Shown: positions 48,401 through 59,891 of the stretch, piece by piece
Position numbering within the stretch: position 1 is the first letter of the stretch
Layout of the letters: the number at the start of each line of letters is the position of its first letter
NCBI GenBank assembly: GCA_013265495.1
Contig: MU058636.1
Location: 1,922,001-1,986,000 of the forward strand
From: Vicugna vicugna
Lineage: Eukaryota
Direction of reading: 5' to 3'
Length of the DNA: 64,000 nucleotides
The notes under the pieces: model-generated
Databases searched by the model: none
What the model was told of the DNA's origin: nothing
The model's input: the letters and a program-made list of their open reading frames with translations, nothing else
Made by a program: the position numbers and the translations under genes

Positions 48401-51400
48401 TGACTGTAGGGAAATAAGTTAAAACATTGAAAGTAAATGTTTAGAAACTCGTAGAACAGCTTGATAATACTGCAGCATCTGAATATGTCATCATTTTTCT
48501 AGTTATTTAATTTTTATTTTACAGAAGTGTAAGACCATGATGTATTGGAAAATTTTTAAAAAAGTAATCCCCCATAGTTGATACTTGAGAAGCACTGAGT
48601 TTTAAATTTTTTATGTCAGGAATACGTACATACAGATAGGAAAATAACTATTATTTGAAAATGTGTATAATTATTGTTAGCCAAGGGTGGTGGTGGAAGA
48701 AATTGAATTATGGCTATATAGTCAGTGGGAGAATTAAGCTTCCCAAAACACTGGAGATGGAGTTTTGTTGAAAATGAGTTAATATATTAGAGATGAATAC
48801 ATTTGGAAACCATAACAACAAGGTAGGTAAAGTTGAGAGCTGGAATGACAGCAAAAGGCATGAGATCAGAATCGCTGTGCATCACAAATGTGATCTAGAC
48901 AGCAGGAGGATTTTCAGTAAGAAATCCTCTAGGAACAAAGTACCTTTGTAACAAAGTTAGATGTAGAGATACAGATATTCATAAAAGTAGTGATGACATC
49001 TTGCTAACTATTCTTGCTAAGCTGTGAGTTTGTATGTAGTGCAGCCACAGGTGACTGAGACAAATCTTAGGCAAAATGAGAAGCCCTTAGTATTTGTGTC
49101 TGCTGCCCTTGGCTTCCCTTTTATATCCTTGGCCCTTCTTTGCCCTCTTTTTTAAAATCTAGTCATTTTCCTGTTCAGCTTTCCCCCCTTCCCACATTAA
49201 AGCAAAACGGTTCTGGTGCTTGTCTGTTGCGTTTCTTGTTTTAACTGTGCTTTAGTGTGATGTTTCAGTCAATAGGCAGCTTTATCTGGGCATTTGCAGT
49301 TTATTTCTAATGGTGGGATAACAAATTTCTACTTTCGTAAGGTTTTTAGGCTTTAATAACACGTTAAATTCTTTGGCGTTAGAGGACAGAGGCTTGTGAA
49401 GTACCATGTTTGTTTCTTCTGTCTTGATTTTTAAGCTCTTTGTTAGGGCGAGGGAGGTGGGGTCACGAGAGGCTGCTTATCTACCGCGGAGGCGTACTTG
49501 TGAGGAGACACAGCTGGTGGAGGCCTGCTTCTGGGTTATTCTGCTTGAGGTAAAAGTTTACTAAGAGCACTTTTTTCACTTCTTTCCCTGTTTAATCTCA
49601 GTGTGGACCCTCTTTCCCACTGTTCTCCAATCTTAAGAGCATATGTCCCCTTTTCTACCATCTCTATTACAAAATTTACTGATGGTATGTATCATACCTT
49701 TTCTAATTAATCTGACATTTAAAATTTTTTGTGTAGCATTTCTGTACTAATGTCTTTGAAAGATGACTTTTACATTATTTCTACTTTAGGGAACAAATTA
49801 GGAGTAACAAACTGGAGAGTTTTATGGTAGAGTTCTTCTATGGAGAAAGCTAAAGTAAATTTGGAGAAATTAATAGAATTATGGTGTAGACAATCTGGGG
49901 TGTAAATCTTGCCTTAATCCTTCTGGTGGTTAGGCTCATTTTTGAAGATGGAACCAAGCATTGATCTCAGGGGAAATAAAAGATGAGAAAATGGAGAAGA
50001 TACTGAAAAATAATCAAAATCTTAATGGGAATCATAATCTAAAACTTCATTTGTAAAACCTTTTTTAAAATTTTATGTATGTTCTCAAATATTGTTTACT
50101 TAGTATTCAGTTTTTCAGATTAGTCACATTAGTGTCTTTTACCCGTGGGTATTGTGCAGTGAAGTTTCTATGGAAAATTGTGTTTAGAATTCCAAATTAA
50201 CACACCAGAAACGATTCTTCTTTTGCTGGAATCGACTAAACCTACATTCACCTCCATTTGCTGCACGGTGGGATGTGCACTGCCCCACGTCGAGTCAGAT
50301 GTGGGTGAGGTTGTGGACTTAGGATGTGTCTGGGTCCCTTACTGAAGCTGTAGACTTGTTGGGAGTCCAGGTTCCTGTAGGCGGGGTCACCGTGGTTCCT
50401 GTTCATAACTTGCTCAGAACTGCTGATGAGTTTTCACTTCTCTCAAAGAGCAAACAGTTAGGAATAGTTATAACCCAGTGGTGATGAATAATGATCTAGA
50501 TTTTAGGGTTTGGAGTTGGATGCCAGGCAGTCCGAATTGAATCCCTGTATCTTCACTGATTACCTCTGTGTCTTTAAGCTTAGTTAAATCTTTGTTTCTT
50601 CATTTGCAAAAAGAATAGTACTTAGTGGGTGCTGGGTAGAGTTGTTCAGAGGACTAAATGAGAAGCTCCGCTGAGCGGTATCTGTTATTGGTGATCTGTG
50701 GTCTTAGCCAAACCTTTCTAACCTAGTCTGAGAATTGTTAACTATTACTAAACAAGTGAATATCTGTTGCTGCTCACTGTGGGTCAGGCTGCGTTCGTAC
50801 TGCCCTTTGGAAAAGCCGTTCTCCTGTACTTGCTTTGAGGATGTCCATCTTCTCTTTGAGGTGTTCTGGCCCCTCCTCCCCCAACATTAATGTTTTGCCT
50901 CCTCCTTGACATAGTTGTTAGCTTTTCAAACATATACTCTTCAAATATGGTAAAAATACATCTGGAATTTTCTCACGATGCAGTGGCAAATAGATAGAAA
51001 CTCGATTTCATTATGTTGACAATGATTTCCTGTATCTGTTTCAGGTTATATGATATACTTAAATAATTCTTTTATAAACTTAAATGTATTATATTTTATT
51101 ATATTATTTAGTCACTCCGTCAATTCTTTGAGAGGTACTGTTTTTTCTGTTTTACAGATTAGGAAATGGAAGTTTTGAGAGATCAAGTAATTTACTTGGG
51201 CTAATGTAAATAATATTTAGTTGAATTTCAGAGAAAAACAAGTCTATCTAGAGCAATATGAGAAGGGTAGGATGACTGAGTCTTCTGTAAGGTGAAAAAT
51301 GAAGAGGTGGTGGAGAGATGCCGCTGGAAACACACAGAGGGAAGCTAAAACACTGATCTTATGCCTGCCTTTTTTTTTTCTCCCATTTATGTGATTATTG

Positions 51401-54400
51401 CAGTGTAGGTTTCTGTAAACTGTAAATTTCTAGGGCAAGAATACACAATTAAGCTTTTGATGATTGATGGGTAATTTTTCAGAAATGCTGCACAAATTTA
51501 TATTTATACTCACGGGTGCTGGTTTTTTATAGCCTTGAAAACACTGAGATGTAAAAGGCTTTCATGTCTTTGTCATTTTATTGTTTTACTTTTAAATTTG
51601 ATTACCAGAACTGTTGAGCTTCTATGTTTATTGACCTTTGGTGTTTTTTCCTATCTTTCACTCACTTTTCTGTTGGACTGTCTTTTTTAACTTGTTGTCA
51701 ACACTTGGTATATTAAGCATTTAAGCTTCTTCTATCAGATGCTTCCGTTTCTCCCCCCATTTTGTTTTTGGTTTTGAATTTCATAAGTAATTCATGCTGT
51801 CAATTCTGAAATGTCATACTTAAGTTGATTATCTTTTATTAGGTACATTAAGAAAAGAGGAAAATATTAAGCTCCTTTTTGTTAAAATAGCATGATAATT
51901 TCCTGTCTGATGAGCTAGTGAGTTTTAAACTGAAGGGACTATCACTGTTTTTATGTAATTTGAATCCACTATCATTTTTGTTGCTAATGATCTATGTAGT
52001 AATCAACCTCCCTTAGCAAATGGATATGTTCTCTCCAGTGCATTTTAATTGTCAGACTTAAATATGGTATTCTTCCTGTTGTTTAACTCCAGTCTCTATT
52101 CTTTTCTTAAAATGATAGATTAGATTAGATTGAAATTTAGTATGATAGTTCTTATAGAAAAGGACTAAACTTTGAAAGACTTAATTTTATTTTCCTGCTA
52201 AATAAATGAGTACTCCAGGTTGACTTTCCAGGATTGCGTTGAGATAAAGATGTGCTTTGCAAAGAACAGATTAAATTTTGTTTTAACAAATTAGTTCAAC
52301 CACATACTTTCTGTACTTTATTGTTATTGGTACTTTGTGTGCAGTGACAACTTGCTTTTGATTTATAACTGCAAGGGAATTTTATTCTATTGATTGACTG
52401 AAAAAGGATCTCATGAGAGATTTTTCATTTTGGAGGCTTTTTTTGGGGGTGTGTGTGTGGTGATTTGATGTTTAACCCTTTACCATATTTAAATATGTGA
52501 CCTGGAACAGCATGCCTTTCTATCTGGTGTGTGATGCTGTTGACTGAAGTCATTATCCAGCTTTAGCTTTGGAGATTTTGAGGTTTTCTTCTTACCTAAT
52601 AATGATAGCTTAGTAAAAGTATGATGCATTTGCCACTTGGACCCAGGAACTCGTGGATCATTCTGAGATCATCTGATTGGCTTCATTACGCTCTACTCTG
52701 ATCACTGTGTTTACGTAGTGTAGTAGCTGATATTTAAGAGCTGGGCATTACTGGTGGTTCATCCCTGTTTCCCTAGGAGGTATAGGGGTCAGGAATAAAT
52801 TAGTAAAGGTGAGTTAGAATTCTCATTCACAAACATGCTAGCCTAAGTTTTAAGCTAAATTTAACCAAAGCTATGTAATTTTTCTCAACTCTATTTAATT
52901 TCCAAAATTTGTTCTCTTTACATTTTGAAATTGGGGAGGAAAGAGTGGCTTAATTTTATTTCTTTGAATGAAGTCTCAGTAGCTAGAGCTTCTCATCGAT
53001 CTCATCCATGCAGGTTATATTCAAAGAGAGATTGATTCATTTAGGAATTTATATTTGGTCATTTTAGGATTAGCTAGAATAATGTTAAGACTGTAATATG
53101 TTAAGGAATATTAAAGAATGTGGGATGAGTTTTTTTTAAATTGGGGGCAGAATACCATAGTTAAGAGTACGAGCTGTGAAGCCTGGCCTCATGTTAATTT
53201 TGAGATTATACAGGCAGTTTATTTTAACCTCTTCGAAGCTTCACCCATCTCATCTGGAAAGTTGGTGTTATTGTTGTGCCTATCTCACAGAATTCTGAGT
53301 GTTAAATACACTGAGTATTAAGTGCTTGGCCTGGTGCCTTGAGCTTGTCAAATAGTAGTTGTTGCTGCAGTCTCCTGTTGCTTTTAAATCTGCAGTTTAA
53401 AAACATGCTTACCTGTTTCTGAATGTGTGTAAGATTACTTTTGATTAACCACTGCCTGCCTTAAGTTTAATCTTAGTAAAAGGTGAAGGTATTATGAAGA
53501 TACTTTGCTTCATTTCAAGATTGAATTTAAGCAAGAGTACACATATAAATAAATCAAAAAGGAAACTTCTGCTAATAAGCAAATAGGTATTTTAGCATGA
53601 TTGTTGCTTTTGACAAGGGACTGAAATTCATGTAAAAACTGTTACGGTTATTACAGGAGATGTTTATTGTAAAAATAACTTTCACAACTTAAAACTTTAC
53701 TTATTTGCACTAAAAATATTTTAATAACTTTGGGATATTATTTTATTTTCCTACATCTTGTAATCTGGTTCTATTCTAAAGCAAAAGAAAAAAAGTTGTA
53801 GTTTCGTGTCCCAGTTTTTTAGGAATTGAATGTGGCCTTGCTTAACAAAGGTATTCGAACTGATTTCATTTTTGGTGGCATAAAACTGCATTGTAACATT
53901 GAGGTTTTAAGAATGGAAGTAATAACTGCTTTGTAGGCTTTCTTACATTAATGTAGATAATATTATAGTTTCTTCTCTGAGGATCTGACTCAGTAGAGCT
54001 TAAAAATATGTTTCTTTGTATGTAATTCCTGTTTTGCTGTATTTTTATAATTTAGATCAGTTTTTACCAGGCAGCACTCTCTGTTTTCATCCTCTCAATT
54101 TGTATGTGATATGTGTATTGACCCTACAAATTAAAAGGTATTTTTTAATTTGCAGTTGTTTACCTGCCCATGAGGCTTTAACAGTGACAGTCTGTTTTAA
54201 CATAGACCTACCTTCTTTGACCTACCCACAATCGCTCCTACAACTGTCTTTATTTAAACAATGAAACGTAAGGAACCTAATGTATTTCCATGAAAAGCCT
54301 ACAGTTAGTGATAGTGAATGGCAGGAAAAAATAACAGCATAATCTTTGAGACTGACTTGTTTTTGATTTTGAAATCTTAACCTGTAGAGAAACATTGGAA

Positions 54401-55759
54401 TCTAATCTACAATTATTTGTAAGGTTTGGATTTACTAAAATCCAAGTGTATTAAAACACCCAGTTAACTAATAAATTAGATAGAGATAGCTCTCTATGTT
54501 TGTATGGAAATATGGTAATTTATTTGATTTTAAACATTTAGATGTTTTTAATCAGTTTGGGGTCTGTTTTTTCCCAGTAACTTTAGACTAACCGCTGATG
54601 GCTAATGGAATTATACTCTTATATTTAGTCCTCATAATTACAAATCTGCTAAACTCTCAGGGCATTTGATTAATTGAGGGAAGACCATTGTGAACCAGAA
54701 GAGGTTATAAAAGAGAAATGCAAGTTTACTTCCAAATAAATATATAGTAAATTCTAGGCCAGAGGTTTCTGTTAGTGGACTTCAGACCCATAGGGGTGGC
54801 AAGAGGTAAGTGGCTGAGTCGTTACTGCAAAAGGCAGTGGGTTAATATATTCATTAAATATTGTCTGAAGGGACGTTAATTTTCCATATATGTGTCCTGC
54901 TATTTTCCAAGTGTGTGAAGATGTTCTGATTAATAAAATGCAAATCATTTAAAAGTGCCCTTCATAGTAACTCTAAATCATCCTTCTCTGTTTCAGAGTA
55001 TAAACAGTGAAAGCAGTTATTATGTTTTTAATGTTCAAAAGGGAGTTCTTAAAATTCAGAGCATTGGAAACAATGTTGTCCTAGGATAACAATTGATTTC
55101 TCTAGTTAGTTTTATCACTAATGATTAATTATAATATATAATAACAAAGCCTGTAATGTGAAGCATCGTAGAGATGATGCTGTTTTGCACTTTTACCAAA
55201 AGAATTGTGCTCTGAAAATTGATCTGTAACAACATTTTCTGTACAAGCAGGGGTATTTATGGGATTTTTTTTTTTTTTTGCTAGACTGTGACCTTTTTAC
55301 GGGAGGAGAATAGATCTTATCATTGTATTTTTAGGGAGGGTAAAGAGCCCCGTGCTGAAATGTTAAGTGAGTGAATGAATGAAAAAAAATGTGTGTACAT
55401 TTAAGCTTCTGAACTAAAACAGTCCTAAAAATTAACTTTTACTGTTCTTCCTTTTGACAGAATCTAGAGACTTATAAATAAGTCTCTAACAAAAAAGGTT
55501 AGGAATGAGAGTAGATGTCTCTTAGTCCTGAACCATTGGAGTGGACTTCTGTGGACCAGGGCAAGGATTTTTGAAGAGCCAAGGCTTTGGAGGCTATGAG
55601 TAATGTTATTGAAGGCTCTGAGTATTTAGTTGAAGCTGTAATGAGATGGGATTTTGAGATAGTTGAACCCCTGTCCCTTTTTGTTTTGTGGAGTGGCTCC
55701 AGTTTCTTTCACCACGAGTTGTTTCTCACGCAGGGCTTTTCCTTGAGATTCTCTAGAGC

Positions 55760-55921
55760 TTTAGACCTTGGGGGCGATCACCAGACCAGCAGCACTAGCA
55801 GTCTTGGGAGCTTTTTAGAAATACAGACTCTCAAGCTTCACTCTGGACCTACTGAATTAGAATCTTTATTTTAACAAGATCCCCAGAAGATTCATATATT
55901 CATTATAATCGAGAAGTGCTA
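55760..55921. mobile_element. MER5A-like hAT MITE
   Basis: CCAGACCAGCAGCACTAGCAGTCTTGGGAGCTTTTTAGAAATACAGACTCTCA...ACCTACTGAATTAGAATCT...TTTAACAAGATCCCCAG. Confidence 0.75.
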
Positions 55922-56700
55922 GTCTGGAGTATATTTCTTCTTATTGTCCTTGAAAACTTCTTATCCTTAAAAACTATTGTTCGAGCCCTGAGTTGTTGTT
56001 TTTCCAATGTCCAAAAAAAGAGTAAGACTATTTTCAGCTACTATCTTATTGTGCTGTTTAGATTTTATGAAGAATGAGAAAGATCAATCAGTTGTGTAGT
56101 GAATCTTGAGACTTAAAGTAAAAATTGCATGTGTTAGAGGGAGGAGAAAAAGAGTTACATGCTCTCCTGGATATTGTGCCACAGAAACAAAAAGAGATTG
56201 GGAATTTTGGTGTTGACCTGTGTTGACTGACTAGGAGGTGGAGTAGGAAGGCAAATTATTTACTGATAGGACATGACATCTTAAAATGCTTCCATTTCAT
56301 AATAATGAGGGGCTGGACTGGCAAGGCTGTCAAGAGTAGTGGGTCAGCTGGGTGACATACCTCCTTTTGTCTTGTGTGGGGGAACCATCACGTCCTCAAG
56401 ATGGCTCTAGGAAGGATGGCTAGCAGCTACGGGGAAGGGAAGAGGGGTTGTGCCAGTGTTTGCGCTGGAGGAGGAGTTTGGAGTTTTGTAGAACTCAGAA
56501 AACTAGGGGAAAATAAACATTTCCCACAAAATTTTGTTTGCCCTTTTATCTCCTGATCTTCATTTTACTTTTCCATTTCCTGTAACCTTGGCTTGCATTT
56601 AATCACCAATAGCTGTTTTTAACCCAGCAGCTCTTTCCCTGGCCAGGCTTTCACCTTCTCTTTCTGTTGCAGTTTCTCTGTTCCCATCCCTCACCTAGAC

Positions 56701-56871
56701 CAGTGATTCTCAAATGGGCACAATTTTGTCCCCCTACTCCCACAGGCCGTCAAAGTTACTTTTGGTTGTCACAAACACGGCAGATGCTGCCATACATCTC
56801 ACAGTGGCCCGGGACAGCCCTCCACAGCAAAGGTTTATCCAAAGTCTGTAGTACTGAGGTTGAGAAACCCT
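56701..56871. mobile_element. MER20-like hAT MITE
   Basis: CAGTGATTCTCAA...TTTTGGTTGTCACAA...GGACAGCCC...GAGGTTGAGAAACCCT with inverted termini. Confidence 0.8.
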
Positions 56872-58267
56872 AACCTGAATTATTGCCAGAGTCCATTAAT
56901 TGGTCTACTTGTCTCCAGTTTAATTGTCATTCACAGGCTTTAAAGAGTTTCCCATAGCCGGCAGAATGCAGTCCAAACTCCTTGGCATAGGATGTAAAAC
57001 AATTCATGGTGTTCTGTTGCTTTCAAGCCTCATCTCTTGGTTGGCCCTCTACTAATGGTAGACTGAGTACTTGTAGCTTTCCCTTAACCACACAGTGCCT
57101 GTGTGCCTGTACACACACGTTTTCCCTTGTCTGCAATACATAATCCCCGTGTCCTGCCTTTTTTTTTTTTTTTCCCCCTGTCTAGGTACACTCACTCCTC
57201 CTTCAACACTGCTCAGGTATTTGCCTTCTCTGATAAGGCTTCTTTGCCTCTCTTCTATTTGTGTTTTGATTATATACACATTTATTATATCACAATGAGT
57301 GTGACCTGCTTGCGTGACTTTGTTGACTACTAGATTATGTCCTCTTTTTGAGGGAAAGGTGTGTGTTTTATCTGTCATTGTATTCCAGGTACTTAGAACA
57401 GTTCTTGATACAAAGTAGACTCTCCAATGTTTAGTCGAAAATACATTTTTCCTTCAAGGTATAAATAATAGTTCATGTAATTTGGAAATTAGCTTATAGA
57501 TGAGATTTTACTGTAATTTACATGTGATCTTTTTTGCCTCACCAGTCATTCTTTGTATTACTGCCCTCTCTTCACATGTCATTTATCGTCTGTTGCTTAT
57601 AATGGTACTTACATGGTATTGATACCCTAGGCGTTTTCATTCACTATCAGATAGAAGGTTTTACTTCTTGTTTAGACTTTAATCTCTGGCTATTTATTGA
57701 AGAAGCTCAAATCTGTAATGATACAAGTTTGGGGATCTCCTACCTAGGAGGAAAGGACTTTGGCTAATTACTGGTTTTAGAGGGGATGGGGTGGAGGGAG
57801 AGGAATAATGAATTCCTCTTTGGAAAAAACAAGAAACATATAATAAAAGTTGTTGGGGAGGGAGAATTACACATTGGTTTTATTTAAACCCTTTTTTCTA
57901 TGTTGCTTAATGCACTCCTATAAGAAAATAAATTTCATTAATTGTAATAATCAGGTCAAAAGCAAGTCTGGATTTGTGATGGATCTAAATGACTGGAAAA
58001 CATTTAAAGCAGTAATTTTATTGCTTTCAAATATATGACTGGAATTGAGGTGTCCTTATATAGATCCTATTTCACAGATTGTGACTTTGTTTAAATAAGT
58101 ATTTGATTTGTTGAGCTTTTGGTAGGATAATCTTTAGTCCAGACATTTTCTAAAATATAAATTTTAAATTAGTGAAGACTTAATGAAGGCTACATTATTT
58201 TTGCTGTATGTCAAAGCCTTATAGTTGTGAACTAAGTTATTAAAAATAGATTGCTTTAAAATTCTTT

Positions 58268-58351
58268 GTTTTTTTAATTTAATTTTTTAATTGAAGTATA
58301 GTCAGTTTATAGTGTGTGTAAATTTCTGGTGTATAGCATAATAGTTCAGTC
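58268..58351 (-). mobile_element. Short young L1 3' end with TSD
   Basis: TTGAAGTATAGTCAGTTTATAGTGTGTGTAAATTTCTGGTGTATAGCAT; TSD AAAATTCTTT at 58258-58267 and 58352-58361. Confidence 0.8.
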
Positions 58352-59729
58352 AAAATTCTTTCATTTATAATATGGTTCTGAAGGGTGTATTTTTATTCTC
58401 ATTCGCAAAAGTTACTTGTGATGTAGATGTAGAGAGCAGTTGGTTCAAGATTGTACGGAGGTGGACATGTTTTAGCCACATGAAACGTACTAAGAGCTGT
58501 AATTACTGGGAAGGTAGGTAGTCTAGTTGCCTTTATTATTCAATTTTAATTTTTTTCCCCCTCCTTAAATCAAATACAGCATAGCAGAGGCCCTTTTGTG
58601 GAGTGGAGAATCTAATTTACATAGAATAATTTCCATAGGTGTTATTTTCAGTATCATTTTGAAATTTAGGAATCAGGTGTTTTCAAATTGGTTGTCTTTG
58701 TACTGGAAAATTATTTTTCTTATATATTTTATATAATTGACACCTGAAGAAAGTTAATTTTAACTGTTTGCTTCAGCAATCTTACAGCGGAACAATGAGT
58801 AATACAGATTTTCTTATTTCAGGTCTTAAGTTAGATAACTTCCCAAGAATGTGTCAGTATTCCTTAAAGGGAAAAAAAATATACAAATTCCTTTAAGGTG
58901 CAATTTTGTTCAAATTTGCTATAAAAAAGAGAAGTAAGACAGTGGAAACTATCATTAACTTTGACATGTAAAAAAGCCCTGCCAACCACTATTAAGATTG
59001 TTTACTAACTTTATTATAATATTAGCCAATGAATCTATGCTTTTATTGGAGAATTTATTTAATTAATATCGGATGGTTCAAATTACTGAATTTGGAAGAC
59101 CAATGAAATTTGTGTATTTTATTTTTAAGTCTGAGATTATTTCTTTTCATTGAGTACCTTAAGTTGAATGCCGACTTTAGATTGATTTGTAGTCTGCTCT
59201 AATGTGCATAGAATTTTAAAAATGAAAAAAATCCATTCCTTAGGAATTAGCTTCCTTTTTTAAGCAGAGTAGTTCTCAGGAAATAAGGTAGTGAGATGGA
59301 GAGCAGAAAAACATAAGGTCTGAGGAATTTTTTTACGTGTATTTTGTTCCCTTGAAGCCATTTCTTCATATTGCAGTGAGAATAGGTAAGTGCCAGTGGG
59401 AAATATTTTGCAAAGCATTTACTTTGCTGATAAATTAATTTTCTATTCATTAAAGTCTTATAAAACTAGATTATATTTCATGAAAACATCTGTTGCTTTA
59501 TGTAATATTGTTTTTCAGCCTGTTAGGACTGTGGGTTGTTTTGGAGGTGTGTATTGGGAGTGGGGGTGGGAAGTGATGGGTGGTGATAAGGACATTAGAG
59601 GGAATGTCTATAAATTTTCCTTGTTTCCTATTCCACCATTCCTGATACCTTCTGTATGTTAGTTATGTTAGTTTAGATTAGTGTGGGGGATGTTAGGAGT
59701 GGCCTGGTTTCTTTCCTTCTTTTTCCTAG

Positions 59730-59891
59730 CCAAGGAAGTATCGCCTGGGGATGCTGGAGGAGAGGCTAGTTCCGATGGGATCAAAGGCACGAAAAGCAAA
59801 GAACCCTATCGGCTGCCTTGCTGACAGGTGTAAATCAGGAGTACCCATCAATATGGTTTGGTGGAACAGAGTCACAGAAAACAATTTACAG
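59730..59891 (+). CDS. PAN3: PAN3 exon 5 (162 nt, 54 aa, frame-preserving; Pan3L-type cassette)
   Basis: Acceptor TTTCTTTCCTTCTTTTTCCTAG; PRKYRLGMLEERLVPMGSKARKAKNPIGCLADRCKSGVPINMVWWNRVTENNLQ; donor CAG|GTAAAA; phase 0 to 0. Confidence 0.93.
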
